50,070 bases of DNA. It comes from Chloroflexota bacterium. GTDB taxonomy: Bacteria; Chloroflexota; Limnocylindria; Limnocylindrales; Limnocylindraceae. The translations under genes and the position numbers were made by a program. Below the pieces are notes generated by a model. The model was not told where the DNA came from. It saw only the letters and a program-made list of their open reading frames with translations, and ran no database searches. Shown one piece after another: positions 44,263-50,070 of the stretch (positions are counted from its first letter, which is position 1; the number at the start of each line of letters is the position of its first letter). The stretch spans positions 1 to 50,070 of the forward strand of contig QWQR01000004.1 of the NCBI GenBank assembly GCA_003670745.1. The letters are read 5' to 3'.

Positions 44263-44985
44263 TTAGCGCGCGCCGTCGAGCGTTGCGCGCTGGAAGTCGA
44301 CGAGTTGCGTCATGCCGGTGCGCGCGAGCTCAAGGAGCGCGTCAAGGGAGGCCCGGTCGAACGGCTCCTGCTCCGCGGTCCCCTGGATCTCCACGAACCC
44401 GCCATCGCCGGTGCCAACGACGTTGAGGTCAACATCGGCACGGCTGTCCTCTTCGTACGGAAGGTCGAGCATTGGTCGACCGCCAACGATCCCCACGGAG
44501 ACTGCGGCGATGTGTCGTGCTAGGTGCGCCTCAATCCCCTTCTTGCGCATTGCGAGGGCAAGGGCGATCCAGCCGCCGGTGATGCTCGCGCAACGGGTGC
44601 CGCCGTCGGCGACCAGCACGTCGCAGTCGATCAGGATCGAGCGCTCACCGAGCTTCTTTAGGTCAACGGCCTGGCGCAACGAGCGACCGATCAGTCGCTG
44701 GATCTCATGGGTGCGGCCACCGAGCTTGCCGCGAACGGCCTCGCGGTCGCTGCGTGTGTTGGTGGATCGCGGAAGCATGCTGTACTCGGCGGTCACCCAG
44801 CCGGTGCCGCTGCCACGCAGATGCGGCGGAACGCGATCTTCGATCGTCGCGGAGCAGATCACTACGGTGTTGCCGACGCTGATCACCGCCGAGCCTTCGG
44901 CCCAGCGCTGCACGCCGAGCTCAACGCTCAGCGGTCGAAGTTCGTTATCGCTGCGCCCATCGGCGCGCTTTGTCGACTCGCTCAT
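44263..44985 (-). CDS. rph: Ribonuclease PH
   Basis: [46 protein letters not shown]. Confidence 0.97.
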   Translation of the reverse strand: MSESTKRADGRSDNELRPLSVELGVQRWAEGSAVISVGNTVVICSATIEDRVPPHLRGSGTGWVTAEYSMLPRSTNTRSDREAVRGKLGGRTHEIQRLIGRSLRQAVDLKKLGERSILIDCDVLVADGGTRCASITGGWIALALAMRKKGIEAHLARHIAAVSVGIVGGRPMLDLPYEEDSRADVDLNVVGTGDGGFVEIQGTAEQEPFDRASLDALLELARTGMTQLVDFQRATLDGAR

Positions 44986-46280
44986 GTCGCTCCCCCTTCG
45001 CCGCGCTCTGCGGCCTTCGCCTCATCCCATAGGCCATCTAGCACCGCGAAGTCTGCACTCTTTAAGTCAATCGCGCGCGCGGCGGCGCGCCGCTCCACAT
45101 CACCGAAGCGGCGACGGAACTTCTCGTTCGCGCTGCGCAGGGCGGCCTCGGCATCAATGCCGCTGCGTCGCCCGAGGTTCACGAGCACCGTGATCACGTC
45201 GCCAAGCTCCTCTTTCGCCGCGGCGAGCGTCGCTGGACTCTTCGCCGCACGGCCGGTCAGCACGTCGGGGTCGCCCGCATCGCGCAGCGCCTCGGCGAGC
45301 TCGCCGAGCTCCTCGTCGAGCTTCTCAAGCAGGCCGCGCATCTCCGGCCAGTCATAGCCGAGGGCGCTCGCCCGATCCTGCAGCTCGCGACTCGCGGCCA
45401 ATGCTGGGAGGCTGCGGCTCACCCCCTCAAGCGCGCTGCGCGGCCGCGCCGTATCGACTGACTGGTCGGATCCGTTCGCGGCCTTTTCACTTGCGCGCTC
45501 TTCGGCCTTCACCGACTCCCAGTTGCGCTGCACATCGCGGCTCGTCGTCGCCTCGGCGTCGCCGAACACATGTGGATGACGGCGCACGATCTTCTTCGCC
45601 AGCCGCTCCTGAACGTCGGTTAGGTCAAAGGCGCCGATCTCGGCGGCGAGCTGCGCGTGCAGAATCACCTGCAGGAGCACGTCGCCGAGCTCCCCCTGCA
45701 GCGCATCGAGCGCCTCTCCACGACGCTCAGGCGGCGCCGCCTCGAGCGCCTCAATCGCGTCATGCAGCTCCCACGCCTCTTCAATGAGATGTTTCGCGAG
45801 GCTTCCGTGCGTCTGCTCGCGATCCCACGGGCAGCCGTCGGGGGCGCGAAGTCGCGCGCTCAGCCACGGCATCGCCCACGGTGAGGCGAGCGCAGCGAGC
45901 GGCGGGAGCGGCGGAATGAGCAGCGCGGTTACCTCGCTCCCTTTTCCGAGCGCCTGTGCCAGAGAGGAGAGGGTTGCGCGCGTGCCATCGGGGATCGAGG
46001 TAGCAACATGTTCGGCGCCATACAGGCGCACGAGCAGTTGCAAGCCGGTGCCACTTCGCCCGGGGAGCTGCGTCGTATCAGCCGCCACGCGCGCAGAACT
46101 CACCGCTGCGTCGTGATCCAGCGCAACGATTAGGGGGAGTCGAGAATCAATTGCGGTAGCGGCGAGCGCCTGCATCGGGATCAACGTCACGCCAGCGTCC
46201 AGGGCGACCTCTGGGGCCGCGATACGTGCGGCAGCGATGAGGGCTGCGGGGTCGACGCGGGCCGGCTGCCCGCCGGTCAC
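44982..46280 (-). CDS. mazG: MazG family nucleoside triphosphate pyrophosphohydrolase (YabN-like N-terminal extension)
   Basis: [34 protein letters not shown], second domain EELGD, KFRRRF. Confidence 0.92.
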   Translation of the reverse strand: MTGGQPARVDPAALIAAARIAAPEVALDAGVTLIPMQALAATAIDSRLPLIVALDHDAAVSSARVAADTTQLPGRSGTGLQLLVRLYGAEHVATSIPDGTRATLSSLAQALGKGSEVTALLIPPLPPLAALASPWAMPWLSARLRAPDGCPWDREQTHGSLAKHLIEEAWELHDAIEALEAAPPERRGEALDALQGELGDVLLQVILHAQLAAEIGAFDLTDVQERLAKKIVRRHPHVFGDAEATTSRDVQRNWESVKAEERASEKAANGSDQSVDTARPRSALEGVSRSLPALAASRELQDRASALGYDWPEMRGLLEKLDEELGELAEALRDAGDPDVLTGRAAKSPATLAAAKEELGDVITVLVNLGRRSGIDAEAALRSANEKFRRRFGDVERRAAARAIDLKSADFAVLDGLWDEAKAAERGEGGAT

Positions 46281-48031
46281 GGCTGCGGCGAAGCTCCCAC
46301 CGCTTGCGCCTTCTCTTGCACTTTCGCTCCGTCAACCCAGATCTCCGCCGAGGCGACGTAGTCGTTGATCCAGTACACGAACCCGTTCCCCTCCACTGCC
46401 GTCAGCTGAGCTTCAGTGAGCGGTCGCTGCTCCACGGTTTCAACCTTGACGATCAGGAAGCTGTTCTGGACAGACTCGACGCCGCTCACTTCGCCCTGGT
46501 TCAGCTTCCAGACCATCTGCGAGAGGTCAGTGGGAACGGTGTAGCGCGCAACCCACCCCTCATGCGTGAAGGTCATGCCGGTGAATGGGTCGTCAACGCC
46601 GCCAGCGATCGCCGCCTTGGCTGCCGTCTCAAAGTCGGTGCCAGGCGCAGCAAGCTGCGTTGCCAATAGATCAAGCCGGAACTTGAGGCTCTGTTGTCGG
46701 GCTTCAAAGCGAATGATGTGATAGCCAAACTCTGTCTTAATCGGCCCAAGAAGATCGCCCTGCTTCAGACCATCTGCCCAGATCGCATCTTCGAATGCCT
46801 GGGTATAAGTGCCTTTTGGCGCCCAGCTGAGTAGTCCGCCTTGTGCCGCCGAGCTGGCGTCGTCGCTCCCCTTCGCGAGCGTCGCGAAATCATCGCCGGC
46901 CTGCAACTGGGCGAGGGCTGCGTTCGCCTCTGCTTCTGCTGCGGTCCAGGCGGGGTCCGCTGGATCGAGCTTATTTGCTCCACGCGCGTCGTTGTTCGGC
47001 GCATAGAGAATATGGCTGACCTCGATCTGATCCTGGTCGCCCTTGCCATCATCTGCAATGGCGACATATGAGACGTCGCGCTGCTCCACGGTGGGAGCGG
47101 TGAGTTCGGCGAGCACCGAGGTCTTCAGAGTGTTCTTGAGCGCGCGCTCCGCCGCGAGTTTTTTGTAGACGCCCATGTCGAGTTTCGCATCGCTCGTGCG
47201 CTGCTCGAAGGAGGGGTCGAGTGCCGCCGGACGAATCTGGTCGACCGCAAAGATCACAAACTGGTCGGTCGATCGCTTGATAACCGCGGTCGTTCCAGGT
47301 GAGGTGAGTGCCCACGCCGCATCGTAGCCAGCATCACCTGCAGGATCTTCGTCTTGTGCGCTCCAGCCAATGAGGCCACCGTCGAGCGCGTAGGAGTCGG
47401 ACGAGTCGCGCTTGGCGATCGCGCCGAAATCACCGCCTGCGGCAAGTTCAGCAACGATGGCGTCGGCCTTCTGTTTTGCAGCGGCAACATCGGCGTCAGA
47501 GGGTGCCCCCACGCTGATCCCACCGATGCCGATCGAGATGGTGATCCGGCGCATGAGACGAAGCTCGGGAGTCGAAGTCTCTTTTGCCCACTCTGCTTCG
47601 ATCGCGGCGTCGTCAACGCTGATGCCGCGCTCCTGCGCAAGCGTTGATACGGCAATAGCCTCGACCATGTCGGTGATGAGCTGCTGGCTGAGGTTCGTGC
47701 GAGCATCGGTGACCTTTTGGAGCGCTGCGGTCCCCTCGTCGGGCGTCAGCGTGCCTGCCGCGATTCGCGCGCGGATGCGCGACTCCTCAATGCCAAGCTT
47801 GAATCCGGCAATGTCGCCACGCGCCTTCGCCTCACTCTTTGAGATCCCATGGCCATTCACCTCGACACTCGGGGCGAGGGTTGCAGACCACCAGCCGTAG
47901 CCGCCCGCCCCTAGGAGCAGGAGCGCTGAGAGGGCGATCGCCGCAACGAAGGTGAGGTTGGTCAGGGCAGTTTTGTCGGCGCGCGCAAATCGCGCAGCGA
48001 TCGCGGCTCGAATGCGAGAGATGGGATTCAC
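46277..48031 (-). CDS. Membrane-anchored parvulin-type peptidylprolyl isomerase (PrsA/SurA-like, two PPIase domains)
   Basis: TM; DFGAIAKRDS..GGLIGW; SHIL..DFATLAK.SDD..GGLL..PIKTEFGYHII. Confidence 0.88.
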   Translation of the reverse strand: MNPISRIRAAIAARFARADKTALTNLTFVAAIALSALLLLGAGGYGWWSATLAPSVEVNGHGISKSEAKARGDIAGFKLGIEESRIRARIAAGTLTPDEGTAALQKVTDARTNLSQQLITDMVEAIAVSTLAQERGISVDDAAIEAEWAKETSTPELRLMRRITISIGIGGISVGAPSDADVAAAKQKADAIVAELAAGGDFGAIAKRDSSDSYALDGGLIGWSAQDEDPAGDAGYDAAWALTSPGTTAVIKRSTDQFVIFAVDQIRPAALDPSFEQRTSDAKLDMGVYKKLAAERALKNTLKTSVLAELTAPTVEQRDVSYVAIADDGKGDQDQIEVSHILYAPNNDARGANKLDPADPAWTAAEAEANAALAQLQAGDDFATLAKGSDDASSAAQGGLLSWAPKGTYTQAFEDAIWADGLKQGDLLGPIKTEFGYHIIRFEARQQSLKFRLDLLATQLAAPGTDFETAAKAAIAGGVDDPFTGMTFTHEGWVARYTVPTDLSQMVWKLNQGEVSGVESVQNSFLIVKVETVEQRPLTEAQLTAVEGNGFVYWINDYVASAEIWVDGAKVQEKAQAVGASPQP

Positions 48032-48096
48032 GTGTAGACGACCTCCAGTATCCAGCCACTCAGGGGCGAGAGGGCTGATGATACAATGCCGATCAC

Positions 48097-48951
48097 ATGC
48101 GCGCCTCCTCTGATCGCCTCACCGTCGGTCGCCCTCCAGTAGGTCCCATTCAGGCATTCCTCGAAGCCCTTGCCTCGCTTCGCAGGCGACGCCGACTGAT
48201 CTGGTACATCACCATCTCGTCACTCCGTGGGCGGGGTCGCGACTCCGTGATCGGCAATCTTTGGTGGGTGCTTGACCCGGCATTAAACATCGCTATCTAC
48301 TACATCCTTGTCGTCGTGATCTTCGCTCGGAGCGAGCCGGCATATCCGCTCTTTCTCTTCGCAGGGATCATGCCGTGGCGATGGCTCTCGAGTGCGGTAT
48401 CGGAATCGACCTCTGTTATTCGCGGTCGCGCGTCAATCATGCGCTCCGTCGCCTTCCCAACAATCACCCTGCCGGCATCGACCGTGCTCTCGGGGTTCAT
48501 TAGCTTCCTCTTTGGGTTAGTCCCCCTTGCCGTCCTGTATGTGATTTACCCGGAACGACTCACTGGATGGATATTCGCAATTCCCCTGGTGGCTATTGCC
48601 CAGATTGCTTGGACAATTCCGCTCGTCATCTTCATTAGCGCTGTCAGCATGTTCTTTCTCGACATGCAAAATATTGTGAACCACGGAATGCGACTATGGT
48701 TCTATGCGACCCCGATCATCTACAGCGCCGAGGGTCTGCGAAAGATCGCTGCAGACCATCCACCTATTGATTTCCTTATCAAGCTCAACCCATTCCTTTG
48801 GATCATTGAGGGGTACCGAGACTTGATCTACGCGGGGCGTCCTGCGAACTGGGGCGCCCTACTCGGGATCACCCTTGCATCGCTCCCGGTCACGTTCGTG
48901 CTCGTCTACGTGTTCCGACGACTCTCACCGTACTTTGTAAAGGTGCTCTAA
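48097..48951 (+). CDS. ABC-2 polysaccharide/teichoic acid export permease (Wzm/TagG-like)
   Basis: SVIGNLWWVLDP, WFYATPIIY, LNP..IEGYR. Confidence 0.9.
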   Translation: MRASSDRLTVGRPPVGPIQAFLEALASLRRRRRLIWYITISSLRGRGRDSVIGNLWWVLDPALNIAIYYILVVVIFARSEPAYPLFLFAGIMPWRWLSSAVSESTSVIRGRASIMRSVAFPTITLPASTVLSGFISFLFGLVPLAVLYVIYPERLTGWIFAIPLVAIAQIAWTIPLVIFISAVSMFFLDMQNIVNHGMRLWFYATPIIYSAEGLRKIAADHPPIDFLIKLNPFLWIIEGYRDLIYAGRPANWGALLGITLASLPVTFVLVYVFRRLSPYFVKVL

Positions 48952-49740
48952 GTGGCCGCGGAATCGTTGCCGATCATGCTGCGAGGGGTTGGCGTTCAAT
49001 ACGACATGCGCCTCTCGCGTAAGCGCCGACTCCGTGGAACCCTGACGGGAAAGTACAAGGACTCTGAGGCGAAGAAGTTTTGGGCGCTGAGGAAAGTTGA
49101 CCTCGAGGTGCGGCACGGCGAGTCACTCGCCGTGATTGGCAACAACGGCGCAGGTAAGAGCACCCTCTTGCAGACCCTTGCCGGGATCATCACGCCAGAC
49201 GAAGGCGAGATCGAAGTCCGAGGAAGAATTTCAACACTGCTCAATCTCGGCGCGGGATTCGAAGACGATCTAGACGCACAGGAGAACATCCTGCTTGCGG
49301 GCGAGTACTTGGGGATCCCACATAACACGATTCGAAGAAAGCTTAGCGAGATCATCAACTTCGCGGATATTGGCAAGTTTGCAGACATGCCAGCACGAAC
49401 CTATAGCTCAGGGATGCGCGCTCGACTGGGCTTCAGCGTGGCAACTTCCGTAGACCCCGACGTCCTTCTTCTCGACGAGGTGATGGCTACTGGTGACGCT
49501 GCATTCGCTGAAAAATCGCGCACTCGGGTGCTCGAGTTGATGGGGCGTGCTCGTGCCATTGTGTTCGTCACCCATGATCTTGAGGCTGCAGAAAAGTTCT
49601 GTAATCGTGCGATCGAGATTGATAGAGGGGAGATCATCGCCTCTGGGTCCCCTGCGAAAGTGATCGCAGACTACAGGAAGCGGAACAGCATCACTGGGCC
49701 GTCGAGCCTCGGAAAGCGCGGGGCACGAATCGCAACGTAA
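48952..49740 (+). CDS. ABC polysaccharide/teichoic acid export ATPase (Wzt/TagH-like)
   Basis: FWAL, GNNGAGKSTLL, YSSGMRARLGFS, LLDEV..GDAAF. Confidence 0.92.
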   Translation: MAAESLPIMLRGVGVQYDMRLSRKRRLRGTLTGKYKDSEAKKFWALRKVDLEVRHGESLAVIGNNGAGKSTLLQTLAGIITPDEGEIEVRGRISTLLNLGAGFEDDLDAQENILLAGEYLGIPHNTIRRKLSEIINFADIGKFADMPARTYSSGMRARLGFSVATSVDPDVLLLDEVMATGDAAFAEKSRTRVLELMGRARAIVFVTHDLEAAEKFCNRAIEIDRGEIIASGSPAKVIADYRKRNSITGPSSLGKRGARIAT

Positions 49741-49752
49741 CGTTGCGATTAA

Positions 49753-50070
49753 CTACGGCGCGGCCGAAGGGATCGGTAGTCCTCCGCGGAAGTTAGTGAT
49801 CACCAAGAGGGTACGAATGCTGTCGATCGGCAGCGTCGGCGTGACATCTGCGCTCTGCAACACCGAACTCGCCTGAGCGCTCACCGCAGCGATCGTGCCG
49901 ATCGATAGGCCACGCGGAAATGCCGAACGTAGTTCGGGGGTGAGCTCAATCCCAGAGGTGGTTACCGCAGCACCGATCGTCACCTCGCGAAGTGCGTCAA
50001 CGTCTTCGAACATAAGGGGATTCGAGCCGCGGCCGGAGAGGAGGCCGATCGCCCCCGACGCAGCGATCTC
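49753..50070 (-). CDS. mreC: Rod shape-determining protein MreC, 3' part (begins beyond the window)
   Basis: Open frame to the window edge; VTTSG..FPRGLSIGTI..ADVTP..LLVI matches the MreC C-terminus. Confidence 0.8.
   Translation of the reverse strand, partial: EIAASGAIGLLSGRGSNPLMFEDVDALREVTIGAAVTTSGIELTPELRSAFPRGLSIGTIAAVSAQASSVLQSADVTPTLPIDSIRTLLVITNFRGGLPIPSAAP

Noticed and set aside
44982-46280. MazG as an anti-phage or toxin-antitoxin component
   Set aside because: It is the tandem-domain housekeeping type within a prsA-rph-rdgB operon, with no mazEF nearby.

Overview
Gene-dense, high-GC chromosomal segment from a monoderm-type bacterium. Gene content and protein style suggest Chloroflexota (possibly freshwater Limnocylindria) with several Actinobacteria-like genes; this is inference only. 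It holds about 45 CDS, 3 tRNAs (Arg-TCG, Pro-CGG, Pro-TGG) and a TPP riboswitch. I saw no transposase, integrase, prophage or CRISPR array. In order: TPP riboswitch-thiN-ykoE thiamine salvage; a propeller/GIDE/PLP-enzyme/C26-hydrolase operon; a WYL regulator plus SAMHD1-like HD dNTPase converging on a PD-(D/E)XK + HhH + DEDD dual nuclease; a Rieske oxygenase/sarcosine-oxidase/amino-acid ABC/PHP catabolic cluster; a ferric-reductase/FMN-binding/ApbE flavinylation operon behind a two-component system; serC; a surface block (S8 protease, Ig-like protein, very acidic S-layer-like protein, zinc anti-sigma, ECF sigma); glnA; a SpoIID-FG-GAP-LysM protein; resB-pucR; lrp; LCP; prsA-mazG-rph-rdgB; wzm/wzt; and the 3' part of mreC. 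The best candidates for undescribed systems are the WYL-HD-dual nuclease module and an ECF-linked, SLH-less S-layer system whose exported proteins share basic C-terminal domains. A window-wide signal is also clear: about 15 genes have a -10 hexamer exactly 6-7 nt before the start codon (leaderless mRNAs), including back-to-back bidirectional promoters in ~33-bp gaps.
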